Origin: Octopus sinensis
Taxonomy: Eukaryota
Length of the DNA: 64,000 nt
Assembly: GCF_006345805.1 (NCBI RefSeq)
Contig: NC_043002.1
Span: 69,874,001-69,938,000, forward strand
Direction: 5' to 3'
Shown here one piece after another: positions 1-11,655 of the stretch; positions within the stretch are counted from its first letter, which is position 1, and each line of letters starts with the position of its first letter. The notes beneath the pieces are model-generated. The model was not told the DNA's origin. It was given only the letters and a program-made list of their open reading frames with translations, and did no database searches. Made by a program: the position numbers and the translations under genes.

Positions 1-99
1 TTCTTTCCAATTTCTATTTAACTGTATTACATAATGTTGAAAACTTATAAACTATACAACAATAAGAATAAAAAAACATTTTAAATTAACAGTTACTCC

Positions 100-171
100 T
101 GACCCCGATGTGATTCAAACACGCAGCCTTCTGATCTGGAGTCAGACGCGCTACCGTTGCGCCACAGGGCC
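100..171 (-). tRNA. trnW-CCA: tRNA-Trp(CCA), variant copy with C56T (T-loop/B-box) and G64A; probably impaired
   Basis: 72-nt match to eukaryotic tRNA-Trp with anticodon loop CTCCAGA. Differs from the array consensus at 109 and 117. Confidence 0.85.
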
Positions 172-823
172 GTATGAAACGATTGTTTAAACAATAGTCT
201 TTTTTTCTTGCTATATTTGTAAATTTATTCGACATATTTTTGGTCTCGATCCTGCAGTCAGATTCGTGTCTATCATCATACATGGTCATGAATGCTGGGT
301 CACGACAGAAAGAGTACAAGTAGAGGCTGCCGAAATTTCTAAAATAACGTTACTCGACCTGCTGCTTAGCTTGGGGATCAGGGAGTTTCAACAGATCGCG
401 GACCACTAATTCTCTGCCTTGAAAGGTCAAAGTTCCAGTACTACAAACATATGATTAGAATATCAAAGAAAAGAATCGCAAGACGTGTCATCTGGCGGAA
501 GACGTAGCGGTAGGGCAAGAATGAGATGGCTGAATAATATCCATGGCCTCAGTTGTTTACGCTTCAGAATCCTAGCGGGATATCTAATGACGTGTGCTTC
601 TGACTAGATCCTATGGTCGAGGTAGCTGAGGAATATACCCTCTAGACCCTCCTAGCATTTGATGGTGAAGCGTTTCTTCCTGTATTCATTGCTTGAGTAG
701 TAACAGATGTCTTATTGGCCTTTAACTCTATTCCATTGCGTTGAAGCGTTATAAACAATACCATAAAAAAGAAAGTTAGACATAGGAAAAAAAAAAAAAA
801 AGAAACCAAAAACGAAGACGGTT

Positions 824-895
824 TGACCCCGACGTGATTCGAACACGCAGCCTTCTGATCTGGAGTCAGACGCGCTACCGTTGCGCCACAGGGCC
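824..895 (-). tRNA. trnW-CCA: tRNA-Trp(CCA), intact
   Basis: Reverse complement is GGCCCTGTGGCGCAACGGTAGCGCGTCTGACTCCAGATCAGAAGGCTGCGTGTTCGAATCACGTCGGGGTCA: full cloverleaf, followed by a T-run Pol III terminator. Confidence 0.97.
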
Positions 896-923
896 ACATG
901 GAAGTGTTGCTCTAAATCTTAGT

Positions 924-1240
924 TACTCTTTTACTCTTTTACTTGTTTCACTCATTTGACTGTGGCCATGCTGGAGCACCGCTTTTAGTCGAGCAAATCG
1001 ACCCCAGGATTTATTCTTTGTAAGCCTAGCACTTATTCTATCGGTCTCTTTTGCCGAACCGCTAAGTTACGGGGACGTAAACACACCAGCATCTGTTTTC
1101 AAGCGATGTTGGGGGGACAAACACAGACACACAAACATACACTCTTACACACATGTATATATATACATATATATACATATATACGACGAGCTTCTTTCAG
1201 TTTCCGTCTACCAAATCCACTCACAAGGCTTTGGTCGGCT
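924..1240 (-). mobile_element. Headless copy of tRNA-derived SINE family A, co-amplified with the array (also ~4805-5120 and ~7735-8031)
   Basis: Matches the body and tail of full-length family A copies (13249-13630, 47675-48066) but stops before the tRNA-like head. Confidence 0.85.
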
Positions 1241-1359
1241 TATTTGCTTTATGAAACTATTAATTAATGTAATAATAAGTTCTTATATTTGAAATATTTC
1301 TAGTCTCGATCATCTGCCATTTGACTTGTAAAGCAAATATCTGAGGGTATTTTGCCCGC

Positions 1360-1525
1360 TTGACAACTGTTGTTGGTTTGTTTACGTCTTTTTTACTTTG
1401 CTGTTCGGTGAAAAAATCCGATAAAATGAGTTATGGACTTAAAGTACCGAGTCGATTCGTTCGACCAAACTATTCGAAGCGGTGCTCTAGCCTGGCTGCT
1501 GTCCAGTGATGTAAACAGGGCGTGC
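1360..1525 (+). mobile_element. Older diverged 3' fragment of SINE family A (also ~5240-5400, ~8152-8315, ~10785-10950)
   Basis: Contains ttgacaactg...gtcgattcgttcgac...gcggtgctctagc, homologous to the family A tail, in opposite orientation to 924-1240. Confidence 0.7.
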
Positions 1526-1687
1526 GTGTGTAACTGCGCGCATTTGAATTTAAGCATTTCTGTTCGTCTTCCCTGCTTTATTTCCAACTTCTATTCAACT
1601 GTATTGCATCACGTTGAAGACTTATAAAGTATACAACGCTAAAAAATGCCTTTAACTAAAAAAAAAAAGAAAGAGAGAAGTAGTTTA

Positions 1688-1759
1688 TGACCCTGACGTG
1701 ATTCGAACACGCAGCCTTCTGATCTGGAGTCAGACGCGCTACCGTTGCGCCACAGGGCC
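1688..1759 (-). tRNA. trnW-CCA: tRNA-Trp(CCA), G67A variant (acceptor U6:G67 wobble becomes U-A)
   Basis: 72-nt cloverleaf with a single change at 1694; T-run terminator downstream. Confidence 0.95.
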
Positions 1760-2082
1760 GTATGAAACGATTGTTTAAACAATAGACTTTTTTCCTTGAT
1801 ATATTTATATATTTATTTGACATTTTCTGTCTCCATCCAGCAGTCACTTGATTTCTGATTCTATTTTCTATGTTGTTCTCCCGAATATCTGAAATTATGT
1901 TTTCGAAATTTATTAAGATTAATTATTTTGTTTATGGCTTTTAATTATGGCTTTTAATTATAGGCTTTTAATCTGTAAAGAAAATCCATATCAGCTGGTT
2001 TCTGAAAATAAGCTTATTGATAAATAATCTAAAAAATATAAAAAAATTTAAAAAGTAGAAAAAAAAAAAGGAAGTACGCTTA

Positions 2083-2154
2083 TGATCTCAACGTGATTCG
2101 AACATGTAAACTTCTGAACGGGAGTCAGACGCCTTACTACCGTTCCTCAGGAAT
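2083..2154 (-). pseudogene. Degenerate tRNA-Trp-derived element, anticodon CCC
   Basis: Aligns to tRNA-Trp over 72 nt. Anticodon stem TCTGA/TCAGA is intact with loop CTCCCGT, GTTCGAATC B-box is kept, D-arm is scrambled, and an A-run (T-run on minus) follows. Confidence 0.85.
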
Positions 2155-3046
2155 CGTTGGATCTGCGAGTCTCGTAATAAACTATTAAATTAAGACTTGT
2201 TAACTAAAGCTAATTTTATTTTCCGCCATATCATATCGTAGTTGTTGCAAAAATATGATGCAACATATACAATTAAATGGTGAAGATCATAGAAAAGACA
2301 GGAATATCAAGCAGAAACGAAAGAACAGGTACGGTGTGATACGATCCGCTAGAAACAGCAGCCAAATCTCCAACAAATAACACCCTGCCTTCTTAAATAA
2401 AAAAAGATGACTTTATATGATGCAAAATATGATGCAACATATACAATTAAATGGTGAAGATCATAGAAAAGACAGGAACATCAAGCAGAAACGAAAGAAC
2501 AGGTACGGTGTGATACGATCCGCTAGAAACAGCAGCCAAATCTCCAACAAATAACACCCTGCCTTCTTAAATAAAAAAAGATGACTTTATATTCGTTGCT
2601 GGATTTGTTTTGCAAGATTCTTTAAGTGAACTCATGTGTTCACACACATCATATTGTATCTCGGGAGCGTCATTACGCCAATTATAAACACACGCGCTGG
2701 TTCTATTATACTTCTTTATCATTCGTCAAGATCTGCAGTTATTCAAGAGGTCGTGAATGATGAAGACAGAACTTTGACGGAAATAACAGCTTAACTTAAT
2801 GATTGATGAAACAATTAATTAGTAATTAGTGAAATAGTTAACAATATGTTGTTCTCCCGAATATCTGAAATTATGTTTTCGAAATTTATTAAGATTAATT
2901 ATTTTGTTTATGGTATGACATTATAGGCTTTTAATCTGTAAAGAAAATCCATATCAGCTGGTTTCTGAAAATACGCTTATTGATAAATAATCTAAAACAA
3001 TAAAAAAAAATTTTTAAAGTAGAAAAAAAAAAAGGAAGTACGCTTA

Positions 3047-3118
3047 TGATCTCAACGTGATTCGAACATGTAAACTTCTGAACGGGAGTCAGACGCCTTA
3101 CTATCGTTCCTCAGGGAT
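3047..3118 (-). pseudogene. Degenerate tRNA-Trp-derived element, anticodon CCC
   Basis: Near-identical to 2083-2154. Confidence 0.85.
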
Positions 3119-4715
3119 CGATGGATCTGCGAGTCACGTAATAAACTATTAAATTAAGACTTGTTAACTAAAGCTAATTTTATTTTCCGCCATATCATAT
3201 CGTAGTTGTTGCATCATCCTTCGAAGATCATAGAAAAGACAGGAACATCAAGCAGAAACGAAAGAACAGGTACGGTGTGATACGATCCGCTAGAAACAGC
3301 AACCAAATCTCCAACAAATAACGCCCTGCCTTCTTAAATAAAAAAAGATTACTTTATATTCGTTGCTAGATTCGTTTTGCAAGATTCTTTAAGTGAACTC
3401 ATGTGTTCACACACATCATATTGTATCTCGGGAGCGTCATTACGCCAATTATAAACACACGCGCTGGTTCTATTATACTTCTTTATCATTCGTCAAGACC
3501 TGCAGTTATTCAAGAGGTCGTGAATGATGAAGACGGAACTTTAACGGAAATAACAGCTTAACTTAATGATTGATGAAACAATTAATTAGTAATTAGTGAA
3601 ATAGTTAACCAAATGACGAATAATAAAGAAGTGAAATAATGAAGCGAGTGCATGCGTTGTTATTGGCATAATGACCCTCTCTATATACAACAAATGCTTT
3701 ATATAATTTAGCACTGTACAAGCCTTAAAGACGGGGCAGTTACGGCTGGAATTTCCTTTGTTAAGTTTGATTGGGAGGTAAAAAAGACCCCAAAAAAACA
3801 AGACAGCCGATTGGCTAAGATGTTCGAGAATCGGATAGAATGATTCGCAATATTCATTCTAGATTTCTGTGTACTGATTTCAAATCCAGTCAAAGTCAAC
3901 TTTGCCTTTCAGCTTTTCGGGCTCGATTAATAGAGTACGAGTCAATTTTTAGTTTTAGTAAGAAATCGGCTGTGGAGGTCATTTATAGAGAGTAATGAAT
4001 CCCACCGAGATTTCGCGGCAGTATTGACGTGTGATCAAAGGCAGGAGAATGATTTGAAAGCTAGAATTACAGGTACTAATACATTAATGCGCTCTCGCCA
4101 GCATTCGTTACTTAAAAGGGTAGAAATTGGCAAAAAAAGCCAAACTCGCTATCTCAGATTCAATTTTCGTGCCTATCATCATACTTAGACATGAATGTTG
4201 AGTAATGACGGAAAGAATGGGGTACATCTAAAGGATCTCTAGAATAACGTTACTCAACCGGGTGCATAGCTTGGAGATCAGGGTGTCAGGACAGATCACA
4301 GACCGCTACTTATCTGTCTTGAGAGGTCACAGCTCTGACACTACGGACATTTGATTAGAATGTCAGAGAAAAGAATCGCAGGACAGACTTTCCAAGCCGT
4401 GGCAACTGGAGGGAGACGTAGCCGTAGGGCAAGAATGATATGGCTGAATAATATCCATGGCCTCAATTGTTTTGTTTCTAAATCCAGTCGAGATGTCTTA
4501 TGACGGTTGCTTCTGACCGGACCCCGTGGAGGTAGGAGCTGAGGACTGTACCTCCAAAACCCTCCCATGAATTGTTGGTGAAGCGTTTCTTAGGGTGTTC
4601 ATTACAGGCCTCACTGTAATATTAGCCTTTAGCTCTATTTCATTACGTTGAAGTGTTATAAACAATATCATACTAAAAAAAGACATTGTAAAAAAAACAA
4701 AGCATTAAGTAGGTT

Positions 4716-4787
4716 TGACCCCGACGTGATTCGAACACGCAGCCTTCTGATCTGGAGTCAGACGCGCTACCGTTGCGCCACAGGGCC
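4716..4787 (-). tRNA. trnW-CCA: tRNA-Trp(CCA), intact
   Basis: Identical to the 824-895 copy. Confidence 0.97.
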
Positions 4788-5561
4788 ACATGGAAGTTTT
4801 GCTCTAAATCTTACTTACTCTTTTACTTGTTTCAATCATTTTACTGTGGCCAAGTTGGAGCACCGCCTTTAGTCGAGCAAATCGACCCCAGGACTTCTTT
4901 GTAAGCCTAGCACTTATTCTATCGGTCTCTGTTGTCGAACCTCTAAGTTACGGGGACGTAAACACACCAGCATCTGTTGTCAAGCGATGTTGGGGGGACA
5001 AACACAGACACACAACATACACTCTTAAACACATGTATATATATACATATATATACATATATACGATGACCTTCTTTCAGTTTCCGTCTACCAAATCCAC
5101 TCACAAGGCTTTGGTCGGCTTCTTTGCTTTATGTAACTATTAATTAATGTAATAATAAGTTCTTATATTTGAGATATTTCTCGTCTCGATCATCTGTCAT
5201 TTGACTTGTAAAGCAAATATCTGAGGGTATTTTGTCCGCTTGACAACTGTTGTTGGTTTGTTTACGTCTTTTTTACTTTGCTGTTCGGTGAAAAAATCCG
5301 ATAAAATGAGTTATGGACTTAAAGTACCGAGTCGATTCGTTCGACCAAACTATTCGAAGCGGTGCTCTAGCCTGGCTGCTGTCCAGTGATGTAAACAGGG
5401 CGTGCGTGTGTAACTGCGCGCATTTGAATTTAAGCATTTCTGTTCGTCTTCCCTGCTTTCTTTCCAACTTCTATTCAACTGTATTGCATCACGTTGAAGA
5501 CTTATAAAGTATACAACGCTAAAAAATGCCTTTAAAAAAAAAAAAAAAGAGAAGTAGTTTA

Positions 5562-5633
5562 TGACCCCGACATGATTCGAACACGCAGCCTTCTGATCTG
5601 GAGTCAGACGCGCTACCGTTGCGCCACAGGGCC
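5562..5633 (-). tRNA. trnW-CCA: tRNA-Trp(CCA), C63T variant (G51:U63 wobble in T stem)
   Basis: 72-nt cloverleaf with a single change at 5572. Confidence 0.93.
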
Positions 5634-5943
5634 GTATGAAACGATTGCTTAAACAATAGTCTTTTTTTCTTGATATATTTATATATTTATTTGACATTTT
5701 CTGTCTCCATCCAGCAGTCACTTGATTTCTGATTCTATTTTCTATGTTGTTCTCCCGAATATCTGAAATTATGTTTTCGAAATTTATTAAGATTAATTAT
5801 TTTGTTTATGGTATGACATTATAGGCTTTTAATCTGTAAAGAAAATCCATATCAGCTGGTTTCTGAAAATACGCTTATTGATAAATAATCTAAAACAATA
5901 AAAAAAATTTTTTAAGTAGAAAAAAAAAAAGGAAGTACGCTTA

Positions 5944-6015
5944 TGATCTCAACGTGATTCGAACATGTAAACTTCTGAACGGGAGTCAGACGCCTTACTA
6001 TCGTTCCTCAGGGAT
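5944..6015 (-). pseudogene. Degenerate tRNA-Trp-derived element, anticodon CCC
   Basis: Near-identical to 3047-3118. Confidence 0.85.
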
Positions 6016-7637
6016 CGATGGATCTGCGAGTCTCGTAATAAACTATCAAATTAAGACTTGTTAACTAAAGCTAATTTTATTTTCCGCCATATCATATCGT
6101 AATTGTTGCATCATCCTTCGAAGATCATAGAAAAGACAGGAACATCAAGCAGAAACGAAAGAACATGTACGGTGTGATACGATCCGCTAGAAACAGCAAC
6201 CAAATCTCCAACAAATAACACCCTGCCTTCTTAAATAAAAAAAGATTACTTTATATTCGTTGCTAGATTCGTTTTGCAAGATTCTTTAAGTGAACTCATG
6301 TGTTCACACACATCATATTGTATCTCGGGAGCGTCATTACGCCAATTATAAACACACGCGCTGGTTCTATTATACTTCTTTATCATTCGTCAAGACCTGC
6401 AGTTATTCAAGAGGTCGTGAATGATGAAGACGGAACTTTAACGGAAATAACAGCTTAACTTAATGATTGATGAAACAATTAATTAGTAATTAGTGAAATA
6501 GTTACCAAATGACGAATAATAATGAAGTGAAATAATGAAGCGAGTGCATGCGTTGTTATTGGCATAATGACCCTCTCTATATACAACAAATGCTTTATAT
6601 AATTTAGCACTGTACAAGCCTTAAAGACGGGGCAGTTACGGCTGGAATTTCCTTTGTTAAGGTTGATTGGGAGGTAAAAAAAAAAAAAAAAAAAAAAGAG
6701 GCAGCCGATTGGCTAAGATGTTCGAGAATCGGATAGAATGATTCACAATATTCATTCTAGATTTCTGTGTACTGATTTCAAATCCAGTCAAAGTCAACTT
6801 TGCCTTTCAACTTTCTTGGCTCGATTAATAGAGTACCAGTCAATTTTTATTTTTAGTAAGAAATCGGCTGTGGAGGTCATTTATAGAGAGTAATGAATCC
6901 CACCGAGATTTCGCGGCAGTATTGACGTGTGATCAAAGGCAGGAGAATGATTTGAAAGCTAGAATTACAGGTACTAATACATTAATGCGCTCTCGCCAGC
7001 AATCGTTACTTAAAAGGGTAGAAATTGGCAAAAAAAGCCAAACTCGCTATCTCAGATTCAGTTTTCGTGCCTATCATCATACTTGGACATGAATGTTGAG
7101 TAATGACGGAAAGAATATCAATACAAGCGGACGAAATGGTGTACCTCTAAAGGATCTCTAGAATAACGTTACTCAACCGGGTGCATAGCTGGGAGATCAG
7201 GGAGTCACGACAGATCACAGACTGCTACTTATCTGTCTTGAGAGGTCACAGCTCTGACACTACGGACATTTGATTAGAATGTCAGAGAAAAGAATCGCAG
7301 GACATACTTTTCAAGCCGTGGCAACTGGAGGGAGACGTAGCCGTAGGGCAAAAATGATATGGCTGAATAATATCCATGGCCTCAATTGTTTTGTTTCTAA
7401 ATCCAGTCGAGATGTCTTATGACGGTTGCTTCTGACCGGACCCTGTGGAGGTAGGAGCTAAGGACTGTACCTCCAAAACCCTCCCATGAATTGTTGGTGA
7501 AGCGTTTCTTAGGGTGTTCATTACAGGCCTCACTGTAATATTAGCCTTTAGCTCTATTTCATTACGTTGAAGTGTTATAAACAATATCATACTAAAAAAA
7601 GACATTGTAAAAAAAAGAAAAAAGCATTAAGTAGGTT

Positions 7638-7709
7638 TGACCCCGACGTGATTCGAACACGCAGCCTTCTGATCTGGAGTCAGACGCGCTACCGTTGCGC
7701 CACAGGGCC
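7638..7709 (-). tRNA. trnW-CCA: tRNA-Trp(CCA), intact
   Basis: Identical to the 824-895 copy. Confidence 0.97.
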
Positions 7710-8476
7710 ACATGGAAGTTTTTCTCTAAATCTTAGTTACTCTTTTAATTGTTTCAGTCATTTGACTGTGGCCATGTTGGAGCACCGCCTTTAGTCGAGC
7801 AAATCGACCCCAGGACTTCTTTGTAAGCCTAGCACTTATTCTATCGGTCTCTGTTGCCGAACCTCTAAGTTACGGGGACGTAAACACACCAGCATCTGTT
7901 GTCAAGCGATGCTGGGGGGACAAACACAGACACACAAACATACACTCTTACACACATGTATATATATACATATATACGACGAGCTTCTTTCAGTTTCCGT
8001 CTACCAAATCCACTCACAAGGCTTTGGTCGGCTTATTTGCTTTATGAAACTATTAATTAATGTAATAATAAGTTCTTATATTTGAAATATTTCTAGTCTC
8101 GATCATCTGCCATTTGACTTGTAAAGCAAATATCTGAGGGTATTTTGTCCGCTTGACAACTGTTGTTGGTTTGTTTACGTCTTTTTTACTTTGCTGTTCG
8201 GTGAAAGAATCCGATAAAATGAGTTATGGACTTAAAGTACCGAGTCGATTCGTTCGACCAAACTATTCGAAGCGGTGCTCTAGCCTGGCTGCTGTCCAGT
8301 GATGTAAACAGGGCGCGCGTGTGTAACTGCGCGCATTTGAATTTAAGCATTTCTGTTCGTCTTCCCTGCTTTCTTTCCAACTTCTATTCAACTGTATTGC
8401 ATCACGTTGAAGACTTATAAAGTATACAACGCTAAAAAATGCCTTTAAAAAAAAAAAAAATAAGAGAAGTAGTTTA

Positions 8477-8548
8477 TGACCCCGACGTGATTCGAACACG
8501 CAGCCTTCTGATCTGGAGTCAGACGCGCTACCGTTGCGCCACAGGGCC
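8477..8548 (-). tRNA. trnW-CCA: tRNA-Trp(CCA), intact
   Basis: Identical to the 824-895 copy. Confidence 0.97.
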
Positions 8549-8872
8549 GTATGAAACGATTGTTTAAACAATAGTCTTTTTTTCTTGATATATTTATATA
8601 TTTATTTGACATTTTCTGTCTCCATCCAGCAGTCACTTGATTTCTGATTCTATTTTCAATGTTGTTCTCCCGAATATCTGAAATTATGTTTTCGAAATTT
8701 ATTAAGATTAATTATTTTGTTTATGGCTTTTAATTATGGCTTTTAATTATAGGCTTTTAATCTGTAAAGAAAATCCATATCAGCTGGTTTCTGAAAATAA
8801 GCTTATTGATAAATAATCTAAAACAATAAAAAAAAATTTAAAAAGTAGAAAAAAAAAAAGGAAGTACGCTTA

Positions 8873-8944
8873 TGATCTCAACGTGATTCGAACATGTAAA
8901 CTTCTGAACGGGAGTCAGACGCCTTACTATCGTTCCTCAGGGAT
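8873..8944 (-). pseudogene. Degenerate tRNA-Trp-derived element, anticodon CCC
   Basis: Near-identical to 3047-3118. Confidence 0.85.
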
Positions 8945-10563
8945 CGATGGATCTGCGAGTCTCGTAATAAACTATTAAATTAAGACTTGTTAACTAAAGC
9001 TAATTTTATTTTCCGCCATATCATATCGTAGTTGTTGCATCATCCTTCGAAGATCATAGAAGCGACAGGAACATCAAGCAGAAGCGAAAGAACAGGTACG
9101 GTGTGATACGATCCGCTAGAAACAGCAGCCAAATCTCCAACAAATAACACCCTGCCTTCTTAAATAAAAAAAGATTACTTTATATTCGTTGCTGGATTTG
9201 TTTTGCAAGATTCTTTAAGTGAACTCATGTGTTCACACACATCATATTGTATCTCGGGAGCGTCATTACGCCAATTATAAACACACGCGCTGGTTCTATT
9301 ATACTTCTTTATCACTCGTCAAGACCTGCAGTTATTCAAGAGGTCGTGAATGATGAAGACAGGACTTTGACGGAAATAACTGCTTAACTTAATGATTGAT
9401 GAAACAATTAATTAGTAATTAGTGAAATAGTTAACCAAATGACGAATAATAAAGAAGTAAAATAATGAAACGAGTGCATGCGTTGTTATTGGCATAATGA
9501 CCCTCTCTATATACAGCAAATGCTTTATATAATTTAGCACTGTACAAGCCTTAAAGACGGGGCAGTTACGGCTGGAATTTCCTTTGTTAAGGTTGATTGG
9601 GAGGTAAAAAAAAAAACCAAAAAACAAGACAGCCGATTGGCTAAGATGTTCGAGAATCGGACAGAATGATTCACAATATTCATTCTAGATTTCTGTTTAC
9701 TGATTTCAAATCCAGTCAAAGTCAACTTTGCCTTTCAGCTTTTCGGGCTCGATTAATAGAGTACCAGTCAATTTTTATTTTTAGTAAGAAATCGGCTGTG
9801 GAGGTCATTTATAGAGAGTAATGAATCCCACCGAGATTTCGCGGCAGTATTGACGTGTGATCAAAGGCAGGAGAATGATTTGAAAGCTAGAATTACAGGT
9901 ACTAATACATTAATGCGCTCTCGCCAGCATTCGTTACTTAAAAGGGTAGAAATTGGCAAAAAAAGCCAAACTCGCTATCTCAGATTCAATTTTCGTGCCT
10001 ATCATCATACTTGGACATGAATGTTGAGTAATGACGGAAAGAATATTAATACAAGCGGACGAAATGCGGTACCTCTAAAGGATCTCTAGAATAACGTTAC
10101 TCAACCGGGTGCATAGCTTGGAGATCAGGGAGTCACGACAGATCACAGACTGCTACTTATCTGTCTTGAGAGGTCACAGCTCTGACACTACGGACATTTG
10201 ATTAGAATGTCAGAGAAAAGAATCGCAGGACAGACTTTCCAAGCCGTGGCAACTGGAGGGAGACGTAGCCGTAGGGCAAGAATGATATGGCTGAATAATA
10301 TCCATGACCTCAATTGTTTTGTTTCTAAATCCAGTCGAGATGTCTTATGACGGTTGCTTCTGACCGGACCCTCTGGAGGTAGGAGCTAAGGACTGTACCT
10401 CCAAAACCCTCCCATGAATTGTTGGTGAAGCGTTTCTTAGGGTGTTCATTACAGGCCTCACTGTAATATTAGCTTTTAGCTCTATTTCATTACGTTGAAG
10501 TGTTATAAACAATATCATACTAAAAAAAGACATTGTAAAAAAGAAAAAGCATTAAAGTAGGTT

Positions 10564-10635
10564 TGACCCCGACGTGATTCGAACACGCAGCCTTCTGATC
10601 TGGAGTCAGACGCGCTACCGTCGCGCCACAGGGCC
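10564..10635 (-). tRNA. trnW-CCA: tRNA-Trp(CCA), A14G variant (invariant A14 of D-loop/A-box changed)
   Basis: 72-nt cloverleaf with a single T>C change at plus-strand 10622. Confidence 0.9.
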
Positions 10636-10969
10636 TCATGGAATTGCTGCTCAAAACCTTAGCCTTTTTGCTTTATGTAACTATTAGTTAATATAAATCT
10701 AAGTTCATATTTTTGAGATATTTCTCGTCTTGATTAACTGTCATTTGTCTCGTAAAGCAAATATGTGGCGGTATTTTGTGGGCTTGACAACTGGTGTTGG
10801 TTTGTTTATGTCTCCTTTAATTTGGGGTTCGGTTCAAGATACTGATAAAATAAGTACTAGACTTGAAATAAAGTACCGGGTCGATTCGTTCGACGAAACT
10901 ATTCAAGGGAATGCTCCACCCTGGCTACAGTCCAGTGACGGAAACAAGGTGTGCGTATTTGCGTGTACC

Positions 10970-11450
10970 ATATAGTCCGCCCCTGAGTATAATACGCAGG
11001 GGATTTTTAGGGGGCTGTACCTCTGAAAAACCCAAACTGTGTGTATAATACGCACCCCTTCTCTAACTTGAGTCAAGGAGGTCTATATAACGTCCTTGGT
11101 TTGTAAAAATGTATACGGCAACGTCCTTTATTATTATTGTATGTATAACATGATGCAAACCTGCAGCTTTTTTTGTGCATTTTGTTTGCAGAAAATAAAG
11201 AAATAACAGTACTAACGTTTGATAAATGTAGCTTATTGCAAGTTATAGATGATTCTTTTATGACTTCATTGCTTTCAGGCTTAGCTTAAGGTATTTTCGC
11301 GCCCGACATCACAAAATGCCTCTGAATAAACATTGCCGGACAGCAATAGAGACTCGGGCATTGCTTAGAAAATAATTTTCATTTTTAACCTCGTATATAG
11401 TACGCACTAGGGAATTTGACCTTTAAATTTTGGGGAAAAATGCGGATTGT
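10970..11450. mobile_element. Probable pogo/Tigger-like non-autonomous DNA element with eroded ends
   Basis: Repeated subterminal motif gtataatacgca (~10987, ~11043) and gtatatagtacgca...ttttggggaaaaatgcggatt at the right end. It interrupts the array spacer only in the last unit. Family assignment is from recall. Confidence 0.45.
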
Positions 11451-11583
11451 CTTGACGGCTTCATTTCCAAGTAATATCTTTAGTAGATTTTCTGATGAGC
11501 TTTTACTCTGTATGACAACGTTACAGTGTTGTAAACTATATTATACCACGCTAAAATGGAAAAAAAAAAAAAATAAATGAATC

Positions 11584-11655
11584 TGACCCCGACGTGATTC
11601 GAACACGCAGCCTTCTGATCTGGAGTCAGACGCGCTACCGTTGCGCCACAGGGCC
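11584..11655 (-). tRNA. trnW-CCA: tRNA-Trp(CCA), intact, last copy of the array
   Basis: Identical to the 824-895 copy; flanks are more diverged. Confidence 0.97.

Larger units (their letters stand above)
1..11655 (-). repeat. Tandem array of tRNA-Trp genes, ~2.92-kb repeat unit (2 tRNA-Trp + 1 degenerate tRNA + SINE fragments per unit)
   Basis: Equivalent tRNA copies recur at 4716, 7638 and 10564 (periods 2922 and 2926) with near-identical spacers. The 824-4716 unit is longer because of internal duplication. Bases 1-99 are homologous to the spacer before 5562, so the array likely continues left of the window. Confidence 0.95.

Noticed and set aside
86-10533. Short ORFs repeated in the tRNA array (e.g. 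MDLKYRVDSF..., MTAGWRQK..., MSFFSMILF...)
   Set aside because: They overlap tRNA genes or SINE fragments and recur only because the DNA unit is duplicated. Lengths and stops vary between units, and no protein motif is present.
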